A stretch of DNA of 64,000 bases from Vicugna vicugna (lineage: Eukaryota), in the NCBI GenBank assembly GCA_013265495.1, contig MU058718.1, forward strand, positions 1,736,001 to 1,800,000. The letters are read 5' to 3'. Made by a program: the position numbers and the translations under genes. Positions 13,320-25,002 of the stretch are shown one piece after another. The notes under the pieces were generated by a model. That model was given only the letters and a program-made list of their open reading frames with translations, was not told the origin of the DNA and did no database searches. Positions within the stretch are counted from its first letter, which is position 1; every line of letters starts with the position of its first letter.

Positions 13320-13760
13320 GATCCACCTTGCACTTTAGAAAGATCAGTCTGAAAATAGTGTGAAGGAGAAATGTCCAACTGCAAGACTGGAGGCAGGAAA
13401 ACGAGGATGAAGCCTGCTGCAACAGCTCCGATAAGGGGTAAGAGCGGCCTGATGTAGGACAATGGAAGTGCAGGCATTAAGGAAACATTGAGTTTGAAAT
13501 CTATTTAAGGTGTAAGATTGACAGGAGTTAAAACTGGCAGAGGTGGTGATGGAGTGGATGTGTGGGGAGAGAGAAGGAAGAAGAGTTGAGAATGATCCTA
13601 AAGGTCCTGAGTGAATAATGATCAAATATAAGGGGTGGGAGGAGCAAGGTCTAGGAGAGAATATGCACACAAATAATGAAAGGTTTATTCGTTAACACCT
13701 GTATGTCCAGGTGGACCTGTCCAGGGATTATTGAACATAAAGCCTGGGCCTCGGCAAGGA
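13320..13760 (-). mobile_element. LINE-2 relic
   Basis: 'tttagaaagatcagtctg', 'tatttaaggtgtaagattgacagga', 'gagttgagaatgatcctaaaggtcctgagtg', typical reverse L2. Confidence 0.7.
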
Positions 13761-14449
13761 AATCAGCATTGGATTGATTGATTTTCTTTTTTTAAATTTA
13801 ATTAAATGTGTTTTTATTGAGGTATAATGAACATGATTGCTTTTCTCATTTCCTTTTTATCATCTACTCACATCTAACTCCTTCCAAAGAGAATTTTGGA
13901 GGTAACACCCAGTACATAGCTAAGGCCGTCAAACGATGTGACCTGGTGAGTGACTAGCCCCTTACAAACTGCAAAGGGAAAATCAGTCACTGTGTTCTAC
14001 AGCCCCTCACAGTTTGTGTTTACTCCTTGAGGATACAGTCTTCTGCGCATCCATGATGTAACAGAAAAAACACTAAACAAGGAATTTGGAAATGTGATTT
14101 CTGTTTCCAGCTTCCCCATCAGCCATGTGATTGTGAGCAACTCTTTTAAGCCCTCAGAGGCTCCGATGTGAGACAGCTGAATGATCTGACCTCTGTGGTC
14201 CCTTCCAGCTCTCAGGTGGGAATTGGCTTTGCGCTCTATGTCATGGTTTATTATCCAGGCCCTTACCCTTTTCCTCTCTCAGTGACCTTCACTTGGCCTC
14301 CAAGGTACTAATTAGCACTTCAACTTGAGAAGGAGAGGAAAAAGAGTGAAAAAATGGTAATAATAAATTGAGTAATGAATGCATAAAAAAACGACTGTGA
14401 AAGCACTTTTACAGTTAAAGTGCTATGAAAAACATGCTGCAAACAAATC

Positions 14450-14752
14450 TCCTAAGATCTAGTTATAAATGCAGATTCTGATTCAGAAAGCCTGGGGTGG
14501 GGCCTGAGAGTCTGAATTTTTCTCAAGTTCCAAGGCAGGCTAATACCATTCCCAGACCACACTTTAGGTTGGAAGACACTGTAACTGTAGTTCCCAGCCT
14601 CGACTGTACATCAGCGTCGGGTGACAGCGTAGCGTCGGGTCCACTTCCCAGACCGATTAAGTCAGAATCTCCAGCTGTGGGTCACAGGCATCAGTGTCTG
14701 GTCAAAGCCCTTCAGTTATTTTAATACACAACCAGAGCTGAGAGCAATTGAT
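14450..14752. mobile_element. adjacent MER5-family hAT-Charlie MITE relics
   Basis: 'gcagattctgattcagaaagcctggggtggggcctgagagtctg..gaccacacttt' and 'cccagaccgattaagtcagaatctc..ccagagctgagagc'. Confidence 0.75.
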
Positions 14753-15349
14753 ATCTAAAATAATCACATATGATATAGTCACATTACCTTAAAATCCAGA
14801 TTTATGTGATTCAAATCATTGGAGTTTTATATTATTTATGATTATATTGATATTGACAAGACCAAATACATCATTTTATTTTCTTTAAATCACTTAGCAT
14901 AAAATCATATTGTCATTCAGAAGATAGTCATCTAAATCCAGCTAGAAAAGAAATTTCTGACAGCTTTTAAAATAAAGCTTTGCCTAATATTTACTTCGTG
15001 TTTCTCAAACTACCTCATTTTGAAAGATCAGTAACTATTTTAGACAATTATAATTATGATATGTATTTTTCTTAGAAATAGGGCAGTGTATCCCTAAAGA
15101 AAGTGCCTTCAACATTAATCGATGCCAAATGTCAGATTTCAGGGCATCTGGCCCTGAAATGCTGGCTTCCAGAGAGGACCATTATTTTTACAGTCTGTCT
15201 TAATGAAGCAGAGTCAGGCTTTTTTCTTTTTTTTTAATCCATTTTAAGAAAAATTATCAAATAAAAGTGCATATTTACACAGAAGATACATTAGCGAGTG
15301 TTCTTTCATACTACAGAAGATGTTAATACATACTTTCAACTATTAAGCC

Positions 15350-15440
15350 CCATGAATGACTGAAAAATTGTGCTGAACACTGGAATTTGACACAACACTG
15401 TAAAATGATTATGAATCAATAAAAAATGTAAAAAAAAAAA
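15350..15440 (+). mobile_element. severely 5'-truncated young L1 (91 bp) with poly(A) and TSD
   Basis: Matches the extreme 3' end of the L1 at ~52480-52555. 12-bp TSD AACTATTAAGCC at 15338-15349 and 15441-15452. Confidence 0.9.
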
Positions 15441-16819
15441 AACTATTAAGCCACCAGAGTGCCTTTAAAATAGAATCCAAACTGCAACTCAGTTTGTACC
15501 AACTTTCACAAACACATCCATGCCACAATGTAAGGAATGCGTCTATGGTGTTTTAAAAAGCAGCCGGAGAGTACTAAACTTTCCAGAATTGGGGTGATCT
15601 GTTTTGATATTGCTCTAGAAATAGGCTGCCTAATCCATCCCAGGTCCCTGCCACCCAGGCTCCGAACGACAAGTTCTAGAGTCACCATTTGCCAGAATGC
15701 GTTTTAAAATGTCACGCACAGTACTGGGTAGGTACTTGGCCAGTGCTGCAGCCGCCAGCGTTCTGTGCTGAATTCCCAGGGTAAGAAAGAGAAGCTCAGT
15801 TATGCATTTGGGTGAGCCAAAGCTGAGCGCAATGAATTAGGCCTCTCGCAGGCCTCTGATTCTTTAAGAATAAAAGATTGGAATGAAAAGCTTTGAAAGA
15901 CTAATAGTTAAAATTCTTTATTAGGTCCCAGCTCTTCGGATGTTTCTTTTCTGGTAATCTTAAATATCCAGGCAATTGTAATCATCAAAGACACATTTGA
16001 AACAGCATGATTTGCATATAAGATTGAGTAGGAATGGTGCCAAGTTCAATAAATTGTTCTGGTATAAAATAACCACCTGACAGAAAGGAGATGTGACAAA
16101 TAAGCCCAGAACTGTCTATACATAAATTGCCTAATGGACTGAAATTCTTATTCTTGTGGCTGAACTCAAAACACAAAGGTGCTTTGAACACATTAAGGAA
16201 AGGTATTCTGAAATCTAAGCTCTGATTTTTATTCCCTTCTGATTAATCCAACACCTTAAAATCTGGTTTCCAGTTTTATCTTTTTTCTGAAACTTTTCCA
16301 AGATCATCAATAGCATCCCACAAAAAAGAGAAGAGGTACCAGAAATCTGAAGAGTACCCTTTTTTATTCTTGACTTTCAACAAAGGGCAGAATATGACTT
16401 TTTCTAAAAACTGATGGATGGGAGAAAACACATCCAGGAGGATGCTCAGCACAGAGCCTGGCACATAGTTAAATGCCCCAAAATGCTAATTATTATTATC
16501 ATCTTAATTATTCATCATTATTTCCTTTACTTCATGAGGCTCTGCCAGGAAAATAAATCTATCTTTTAAAACATGTTTCAGACAATTGAAAAGTAGAGTC
16601 CTGCCCTTCATTCCGTGCCGTGTTTTCACTCTGGTGAATGAATGACTCTATGACCTCTTGCCTAGCTTCCTACATTGGAGAAGAAGGGTGCCAATTATGC
16701 AATTTCTGTCTAGGTTAATGTGTTAATATCTGGCCTCCCACAAGCTCTTTATTTGGACTTTCCTGAACTTCCTGCTGTATAGTTATTTCTAAGTAAATCT
16801 GAAAAACATTTATAAACAT

Positions 16820-16970
16820 AATAGCTACCATTTATTCAGTGTTTCTTGTGCACCTAACACTCAGCAAGGTATCCACAGATAGATTATCTCTAAACCTCAC
16901 CAGAACCCAGTGGGGTAGGTATTATTCCTTCCATTTTATGCACGAGGAAACTGAAACTCAGAGGATCTTA
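16820..16970 (-). mobile_element. MIR SINE
   Basis: 'atagctaccatttattcagtg..ggtaggtattattccttccattttatgcacgaggaaactgaaactcagag'. Confidence 0.8.
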
Positions 16971-17789
16971 GAGGCTTGTATGTTCAAAGAATCAGCTGTC
17001 AAGTCCCAAAGTCACCTTCTCTCTCTTCTTTGAGGCCAGATAATTGTCCTCAAGTATTTTAGCCATCCTGGAATGGTAGCCTCCCCTCCAAGCCCCAAAC
17101 CCCAAGTTCCCCAGCAGTTCTTAACCTTAATAGGATATTTTCGCAGATGCATTTCACACTCAGTGCAGAACAATCATAGCTTCACCTGATCCCTGAGAGT
17201 CACCCGAATCACAGTTGTGGTGAAGGCATCCAAGATTCTGACAGAATTCTTCATTAAAGTTCCAATTCTCATCTCTCTGGACTCACAAAGGCCAGTCCTT
17301 ACTGAGAGTGACACCTCTTCATCCTGGTCACACTAGGACTCCAGATGTAAGCCCTCTTTCCTGTGACTTCTCTTCCAAAACTTAAATGACCCCATAAGAA
17401 TACACTCCTGCCTTTGAGCCCCCGAGCCACCCCATTGTAAGAATAACACCCCTCAGGGACTAATTCAATTGAGTTACATAGAAAGTGTCATGGTAATATG
17501 CAGTGGAAAATCCATTTTCAGCTGAGATTACATTTATGAAGTAATTAAGGAAGATGTTAAAGACCTCTCCATCACCAATTGCTTATCCACAAAGAGTAGA
17601 TTCAAACATATGCAGGGACATCTCACATAGGAGACCAGAGCTAAAGCAGCCAGGATTCCAGGCTATAAATCAAAGCCAGAATCTCAAGTCTCCCACATTC
17701 TGGGTTCACCTTTTCTCTAACATCCAAATGTACTGGCTGAAACCCCCGTTCTAAGTATTGTAGGCAATCCAGAATGTCTGGTGGGATTT

Positions 17790-17918
17790 TCATTCATTCT
17801 AACAACTTTTTATTGAGTGACTACTGTGTGTCAAGCTCTATTCTAGGCACTAGAGATAAAGCAAGCAAAACACAGGTTAAAAAAAAAAAAAGACCTACCC
17901 TCATGGAGCTTATGTTCT
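17790..17918 (-). mobile_element. LINE-2 3' end
   Basis: 'ttcattcattctaacaactttttattgagtgactactgtgtgtcaagc..ctaccctcatggagcttatgttct'. Confidence 0.8.
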
Positions 17919-18700
17919 TTGTGTGTTCTTGGTGCAGGGGAGTTGGGGATGGGGTAGGCTGTTCTGGTGAGTCCATTCTGAAACCTGTAGTCTCCTGTAT
18001 CCTGGTAGCTGCTCCTCTATCTCCCTGCCCTGGTGGGAAATACCACCCCCATATTCTTCACTCTCCACAGATGCCAGCTAGTGTGTATAACAGGTTTTTG
18101 TAGTAGGTGAAGGGTAACAGACGGAGATCATAGCATAATGACATGCAAGCACCAACTTAAAACGGAGTATTAAATACTGCTGATCTAAAAATCCACTACC
18201 TATTCTCTCTAGCGGGCCTTTTCTTGCTGGCCATATCCTCGCTCCGGCTCTGGCTTGTTGCTGTCTTCTCCCACCTCTCTCCCAAAACACAGGTTAAAAA
18301 AAAAAAGACCTACCCTCATGGAGCTTATGTTCTTTGTGTGTTCTTGGTGCAGGGGAGTTGGGGATGGGGTAGGCTGTTCTGGTGAGTCCATTCTGAAACC
18401 TGTAGTCTCCTGTATCCTGGTAGCTGCTCCTCTATCTCCCTGCCCTGGTGGGAAATACCACCCCCATATTCTTCACTCTCCACAGATGCCAGCTAGTGTG
18501 TATAACAGGTTTTTGTAGTAGGTGAAGGGTAACAGACGGAGATCATAGCATAATGACATGCAAGCACCAACTTAAAACGGAGTATTAAATACTGCTGATC
18601 TAAAAATCCACTACCTATTCTCTCTAGTGGGCCTTTTCTTGCTGGCCATATCCTCGCTCCGGCTCTGGCTTGTTGCTGTCTTCTCCCACCTCTCTCCCAA
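17866..18700 (+). repeat. head-to-tail tandem duplication, 2 copies of ~415 bp
   Basis: Copy 1 starts 17866 and copy 2 starts 18283. Differences seen are A13 vs A11 and C18213 vs T18628. The ORF track shows the same peptide twice. Confidence 0.97.
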
Positions 18701-19154
18701 GATCCTTTTCCCAGCCCCTGGCTCTCCTAACTGCCAGCCTCCGACCCTCAATTTTCTTTTACTTTTCTCATGCAAAGCAATTCACCTGCCCTGGGGTGAG
18801 GAGGATGGAGAGAGAGGGGCTTCACCTTTCCCATCCCAAGTCAGCCAAGATATTTTTGAAAACAAAGAGCCATCTTTCCTGTTGTAAATCACGCCACTCC
18901 CCCACCACGTGAAGGCAGCTGCAGTCTGTTCTAGTTTCAATAGAATTTTTTTCTCACTGCCGGCAGCCAGCATTTGTGGGAAAAGGATATGCAGAATGAA
19001 TTGCTAAAGACTACCCCCAAAGTGGAATTTTAAGCACTCTCATTAACAAAGCCTTGGGGAAATGTCATTAAAGATTCCAAACAAGTTAGCAATTAATCCC
19101 AGTATACTCCATATTGAACAAGTAGAAAGGGAGAGACTTTGCAGGGGAATAAAC

Positions 19155-19662
19155 GAGCTGGATCACCACCTCACGTATTATATCAAAATGACTTCCAAAT
19201 ATATGAAAGACTTAAACGTAAAAAAGAGGCCACAAAAATAATAGAATGTGATTGAGGTTTTGAAAAATAGTATTCTTGGAGTGGAAAAGGTTTTCTAAAT
19301 ATGATATTGAATCTAGAAAAAGAAAGGGGAAAAGTTAGCAACCTGACTACATGGTAGTCCTTTCTATACTGATCCAATACCAGTCTAAAAGGGGCCCCTA
19401 TGAACTGCTTTTATGATACTCTGGAAAATGCAAAGTTATTTTGGAAAAAAAACAGATCAGTAGTTTCAAGGAGCAGGGGCTGGAAGGAGGGTTGATGACA
19501 AAGGGTAATGAGGGAATCATTTCAGGTGATAGAAATATTCTGTATCTTGGTTGTGGCAGTGATTACATTACTGTATGTGCTTGTCAAAACTCCTAGAATT
19601 GTACACTAAAAAGGGCAACTTTTTCCGAATACAAAGTAAGGCTCAATAAATCTGACTTTTAA
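19155..19662 (+). mobile_element. old L1M fragments (ORF2 piece and 3'UTR)
   Basis: 'cacctcacgtattatatcaaaatgacttccaaatatatgaaagacttaaacgtaaaa' and 'gaaatattctgtatcttg..gtcaaaactcctagaattgtacactaaaaaggg..ctcaataaatctgactttt'. Confidence 0.8.
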
Positions 19663-19678
19663 AAATTGCCAGGAGTAG

Positions 19679-20706
19679 TTACAAGAGATCTGTTTGGAGG
19701 TGTGCTCCCCAGTCTACCTTCACAACTTTACCAAGATGATGCTGGTGACAAATGAGACATGAACCAGAAATACCCTCCATAGCTTGGCAACAATATGGAG
19801 TAAGTACAGTACCCAGTTCATCCTCACTCTGGTGGATCTCTTCATGTACATTTTTTGCAAAGTCCCATTTGAGAACCTCTGTTGCTATCAAGAAGCCAAA
19901 GTGCCAGAGACTGTTCTCACGTGATTTGCATCCAGGTTTCTCCCAGTGTCTTTCTCTGACTCTGAAGTTAACCGCTGCCATTTCAGAATAGACTTTCTGA
20001 GCCTCTTGAGAAACTTGGTCTCAGGATTTCATAGGTGCTGGGGTATTAGCAAGGGCTGCCTGTGAGCCGTAATGATCAGCCTGAGCGTTTCTCGTAGCTT
20101 CCGTATTATCCCCTCTTGCAGGAGCGCCTACCTTTATAGTAGCTACCTCCTTAGGAATCATTAGATCACCTACAAGTTCTTTAAGCTGCTGACCATTTTT
20201 AGACTGGTTTCCTACTAACATTAAAAACTTTTATTTTCAAAGCATTCCAAAACCTTGGATTTATCCAAAATCATTTCTACTCTCAGTATATGTGTTAACT
20301 CTTTTAGCCCCAGCTAACTGACAAAGTTCGATGAGTGCTATGAGTCCTGCCACCTACACAGTTTTTTGCCTCTGGCAAGAGGTCATATTTTGGAGGCGAG
20401 GTGACATCTATCACAATGCATCCCACTTGTTTCAGTTTTAAGATATGACCTGTCAACGAACAAGATTAAGTCTGAATTTTCTAAAGGGATTTTAGTAAAT
20501 CAGTTTGGGCCACAGTCCACAAGCAGAGGCTGAACAGTTATGAGTTTCTCCTTCTTCAGATAATGGAAGGATAACAATTTTAAAAACCACAATGATGACT
20601 GGGAGAACATACTAGGATTTCATAAGAAGCAACCCTGCTTGCTCAGAGTGTTGCACATTTTCAATGTACAATGAAGATTATACAGCATGAAGGATCATTG
20701 GGTTTA
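19679..20706 (-). pseudogene. degenerate ERV1 pol: RT connection, RNase H and integrase N-terminal zinc-finger
   Basis: Minus-strand peptides PLENSDLILFVDRSY (cf. LFVDGSY), VAGLIAL, KRVNTYT, KNGQQLKELVGDLMIPKEVATIKV..RNAQADHY..AAL, and NVHEEIH...CLICHQHHLGKVVKV (HHCC remnant). Many stops and frameshifts. Confidence 0.9.
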
Positions 20707-21291
20707 TTTTCGGTCTTTCGAGGACTTTTCATACTGTTTTCCATAACGGCTGCACCAAACTACATTCCCACCAACAGTGTAGGAGGGTTCCCTTTTCTCC
20801 ACAGGCTCTCCAGCATTTGTCGTTCGTGGGCTTTTTAGTGATGGCCATTCTGACTGGGGTGAGTTTTGATTTGCATTTCTCTGATAATTAGCGATATTGA
20901 ATGTTTTTTCATGTGCCTATTGGCCATTTGTATGTCTTCACTGGAAAAATGCTTGTTTAGGTCTTCTGCCCAGTTATTTATTGGGTTTTTGTTTTGTTTT
21001 GTTTTGTTTTTTTGATATTAAGTTGTATGAGCTGTTTATATATTCCTTGAATTAAGCCCTCTTATCTTTTGCAAATATTTTCTCGCATTCCATAGGTTGT
21101 CTTTTCGTTTTGTTTAGTTTCCTTTGCTGTGCAAAAGCTTGTAAGTTTAATTAGGTCCCATTTGTTTATTTTTGCTTTTATCTCTATTGCCTAAGTAGAC
21201 TGCCTTAGGAGAATATTACTATTATTTATGTCAGAGAATGTTTTGCCTATGTTTTCTTCTAGGAGGTTTATAGTGTCTTGTCTTATGTTTA
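20707..21291 (-). mobile_element. internal L1 ORF2 fragment inserted in ERV pol, no 3'UTR or poly(A)
   Basis: Reverse complement of L1 ORF2 C-terminal region. 7-bp TSD GGGTTTA at 20700-20706 and 21292-21298. Confidence 0.88.
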
Positions 21292-22110
21292 GGGTTTAAA
21301 GGAGACCCTGGAACCAAGTCAACAGAAACCACTAGTTTAGCTGCTGCAGCTGTTGCCCTTAGACAAGTCCAGCAGGTTTTGCCACTGAGTCAAGGGTCTA
21401 TAGTGAGCACTGGTGTTTGACAAATGCCAGTAAGGTGGAGGTCAGACCTCTCAAGTCAAAAAAGGTAGAAAGAATTATAATTAGGCAAAGCCAGGCCTAT
21501 TAATGTTTCGGGTGATGGGGAGGTGGTTTGGGTACCCATGACTTAAAATCACGTGATGGCATGGCAATTTCGGTAGCCAGTGAGATACTGGACTCGTCTT
21601 AAATGTCTCTTTGTACCAGATGAGAAATTTTTTAACAGTTTGTAGTCTGTCAAAAGTAAGGGATTTACTGCTGGATAAACTAATGTCGCAGCTCATGAAA
21701 AAGTCGTAACTTTCTTTCTTTGGAAATCTTGTGTCTTTCTGAGCTAAAACAGTAAATTAATAGCAGGATTAGTTTTAGAGCTTAACTCATCTTTGAAACA
21801 CAGCTGAAAGGTCATCCACATATTGCATGAGACTAGAACCACGAGTTGTTGCTGAGGACTTGTGAAATGTAGGAGGACACCTCAATGAGCCCTTGGGGCC
21901 CAACAGTTCAGGTATATTATTGATTTTTCCAGGAGAAGGCAAACTAGTACTGACAGTTTTGATCTAAAGGAGCACTAAAGAAAGCGGAACACAGACCCAT
22001 AGCTATAAAATATACAGCCTCTGAGGCACCAAAGATGAAATCGTCTTTGGGTTTGTTACCACAATTTTGTATAATAGAAAGTTCAGCTGGCCTTTGAATG
22101 AAGTTGTACT
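21292..22110 (-). pseudogene. degenerate ERV1 reverse transcriptase core
   Basis: Minus strand: YFIAMGLCSAFFSAPLDQNCQY*FAFSWKNQ*YT*TVGPQG, LMQYVDDL (YVDD at 21811-21822), TKRHLR..LTGY, CLRATAAAAKLV..LVPGSP. Confidence 0.93.
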
Positions 22111-22447
22111 GTCCAGGGATAGAAACAGCCCACTAGTTCTGTACCTATGTAACTATCAGCCTAAAAAAAGAGGTCCACTGAGGGAAGCTCGAATTATGAG
22201 AGATTGAGTGTATTCAGGAATAGCAGAGGAATTGCAATTTGGAAAAAATGCATGCTGCAGCAAGCTACGGGCAAGTCTGTTGAGGGTTTGGGGTGGGCTA
22301 TATTTATAGGCAAGGAGTACAATGATGGGGGAGTCCAGCCAGGGTCCAAGCAGAAAGTACACTGGCCTGAGGATGGGGAGAGATTCCTGTCAGATGTTTA
22401 TTGGTCAGCAGTTAAGTCTCAGTTTTCTGTAAACCAGGCATTTAGGG

Positions 22448-23163
22448 CAAATCAAAACTACAATGAGATATCACCTCACACCAGTCAGAATGGCCATCAT
22501 TCAAAAGTCCACAAATGACAAATGCTGAAGAGGCTCTGGAGAAAAGGGAAACCCTCCTACACTGCTGGTAGGAATGCAGTTTGGTGCAGCCACTGTGGAA
22601 AATAGTATGGAGATTCCTCAAAAGACTAGGAATAGACTTACCATATGACCCAGGAATCCCACTCCTGGGCACATATCCAGAAGGAACCCTACTTCAAAAA
22701 AACACCTGCACCCCAATGTTCATAGCAGCACTATTTACAATAGCCAAGACATGGAAACAGCCTAAATATCTATCAACAGATAACTGGATAAAGAAGATGT
22801 GGTATATTTATACAATGGAATACTATTCAGCTATGAAAACTGACAACATAACGCCATTTGCAGCAACATGTATGTTCCTGGAGAATGTCATTCTAAGTGA
22901 AGTAAGCCAGAAAGAGAAAGAAAAACACCATATGAGATCGCTCATATGTGGAATCTAAAACAAATACAAACCTGTGGTTGCCAAGTGGGTGGATGGAAAG
23001 GGACAGACTGGGAGTTCAAAATTTGTAGATACTGACAGGCATGTGTAGAATAGATAAACAAGATTATACAGTATAGCACAGGGAAATATATACAAGATCT
23101 TGTAGTAGCTCACAGTGGAAAAAAAAGTGACAATGAATATATGTATGTTCATGTATAACTGAA
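22448..23163 (+). mobile_element. young L1 (ORF2 C-terminus + 3'UTR) lacking the last ~60 nt and poly(A)
   Basis: ORF 22581-22958 is L1 ORF2 C-terminus ([33 protein letters not shown]). TSD AAA(C/T)CAGGCATTTAGGG at 22431-22447 and 23164-23180. Confidence 0.92.
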
Positions 23164-23262
23164 AAATCAGGCATTTAGGGAAATCAGTCTCTCATTTGTT
23201 AAGTTCCTTTTTTTCTGAGTGGGTGTGTGTGAGATTCTCCATTTCATATCCTCAGGTTCCAC

Positions 23263-23392
23263 TTTTTTTTTCTTTTCTATGAATTTTTGTTATTTTAAAT
23301 TTTTTCTTGAAGTATAGTCAGCTTACAAAGTATCAATATCTGGTGTACAGCATAATGTTTCAGTCATACGTATACATACATACGTTTTCATA
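23263..23392 (-). mobile_element. short L1 3' end
   Basis: T-rich tail then 'gaagtatagtcagcttaca..tctggtgtacagcataatgtttcagtcatac'. Confidence 0.8.
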
Positions 23393-23419
23393 TTTAGATT
23401 GAAATCCTTTTACATGACC

Positions 23420-24071
23420 AATCTTTTATGAGTAGATGTGGACAAGGGGGAGGCACTTGCTAGGTGGATATTGCTGACTGTGATCTAGAACAGCACAGTG
23501 GCCTAACATCCCTTCCAAAGGTGGAAACGTTTGCCTGTAAAGACAGAGAAGGAGGAACCATAGCTGAGGGTAAAGGAATGAATAAAGGGGTTATGCAATG
23601 AGGTAAATACAGTGCCACATCATCAACGCTTCTAAAGAGACTCAGGGCAAGAAGTGATATTGACTCCTAGCTCAATCATACCAGATGCCTTTAAAGGTGA
23701 AGCTATATATTGTTGAGATCATTCCTGCTTTTAGAACCTGACAAGATCTAATGGAAGCCTGCAAACCGGAGTGACCACACCCTGGAAGACATTTTTATCA
23801 TGTGATATGATGATGGGCTGGACCAATTATTAAAGACTAAATGGGATGGTAGTAATGTGCCGATCTCTTTTGACTTTATTTTTCCGGTTACATCTACCAT
23901 ACTGTACACTGGCATTATCAGTAAGATTATGATACTGAATATAATACTGGCATTGATAGTCAAGTGTATTAGGAGATTGAGTTAAAATCCTCCTATCCTT
24001 ATGCCACACTGGCTGCTCCAAATGTTAAGCATTTAATAAGAATGATGGCCAAAGGCCAAGGGGTGGCCTAC
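23420..24071 (+). mobile_element. probable ERVL/MER21 internal 3' region with polypurine tract
   Basis: Ends 'ggccaaggggtggcctac' immediately before the TG of the MER21-like LTR, as expected for a class III PPT-LTR junction. Confidence 0.5.
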
Positions 24072-24775
24072 TGTATAATGAAGAATTTCACTGGCCTTTA
24101 CCCCTGTCTCCTGTGAGAGGGACTCCAAATTCTTGTAATATCTTGAGTGATAAGAGTCTTTTTGTTATTTGTGAGCCCCTTGGATCACACCTGAGTTTTA
24201 TACTAAGAGGCAAGATGACTCAGGATGAGGGCTGGTCACCAGAAGAAGCAACCACGTAATTAGATGATTGGGAATTTGAACCAGCTGCCCTCAGGGGAGG
24301 AGAGGAAGACTGGAGATTGAGTTCAATCACATGGCCAATGATTCAGTCAATCATGCCTCTGTAATGAAACCTCAATAAAAACTCCAGCTTCCTGGTTGGT
24401 GAACACATCAACGTGCCTTGAGGGGAAGGTACCTTGATTCCACTGGGAAAGGGCATGGAAGCTTTGCATTTGAGACACTCCCAGACCTCACCCTCTATGT
24501 CTCTTTTTGGCTCGTCCTGATGTGTATCTTTTCTAAAAAAAAATTGGTAATTGTATGTATAACACTTTCCTGAGCTCTCTGAGTCATCCCAGTGAATTAT
24601 CAAACCTGGGGGTGGATTTGTTGAAAACCCCTGGATTTGTAGCTGGTTAATCAAAGCAGGGGCCCTCACTTGCAGCTGGAGTCTGAAGTGGAGCAGCTGT
24701 TACGGACTGTTTCCTTTAACCTGCAGAGTCTGATGCTAATTCTGAGTAGTTAGCATCAGAGTTGAATAGTTTTGC
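24072..24775 (+). mobile_element. MER21-family LTR (MER21C-like)
   Basis: 'gggctggtcaccagaa..ctggagattgagttcaatcacatggccaatgattcagtcaatcatgcctctgtaatgaaacctcaataaaaactc..cttcctggttggtgaacacat'. Confidence 0.85.
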
Positions 24776-24779
24776 GTCA

Positions 24780-25002
24780 CAGTATTTGGGTAACAGGGTA
24801 GTGTGGAGTGACTGTCTTATGGCCCCCAGGTCCTGAATGAATTTCCATCCCTGCCCACTGAGTTTTCCGACTCAGAAGATGGGAGAGAGACAAAGACAAG
24901 AACAAAGGGCAATGAGTCCCTTCACTGTGAGCCTCTCAGAGAGTCTCTAGAGCCACTAAAACCTTTGGTTTTAGTCTTTCTTTAGCTTCTGGTTTTAGGG
25001 GG
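24780..25002 (-). pseudogene. degenerate ERV1 RT N-terminus
   Basis: Minus strand LKPEAKERLKP and VGKLSGQGWKFIQDLGAI (cf. VKKPNGxGWRFVQDLRAIN). Confidence 0.85.

Larger units (their letters stand above)
22148..23414 (-). mobile_element. probable ERV1 LTR, itself interrupted by two L1 pieces
   Basis: TG...CA bounded segment with minus-strand TATAAATA near 22301-22308 and CCAAT near 22401-22405. No TSD recognised. Confidence 0.5.

Noticed and set aside
17774..18518. Duplicated 87-109 aa ORFs as a small gene family
   Set aside because: They arise only from the tandem duplication, begin in an L2 relic and show no splice or promoter support.
22581..22958. L1 ORF2-like ORFs (also 51611-52205) as functional genes
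   Set aside because: 5'-truncated, frameshifted retrotransposon fragments.
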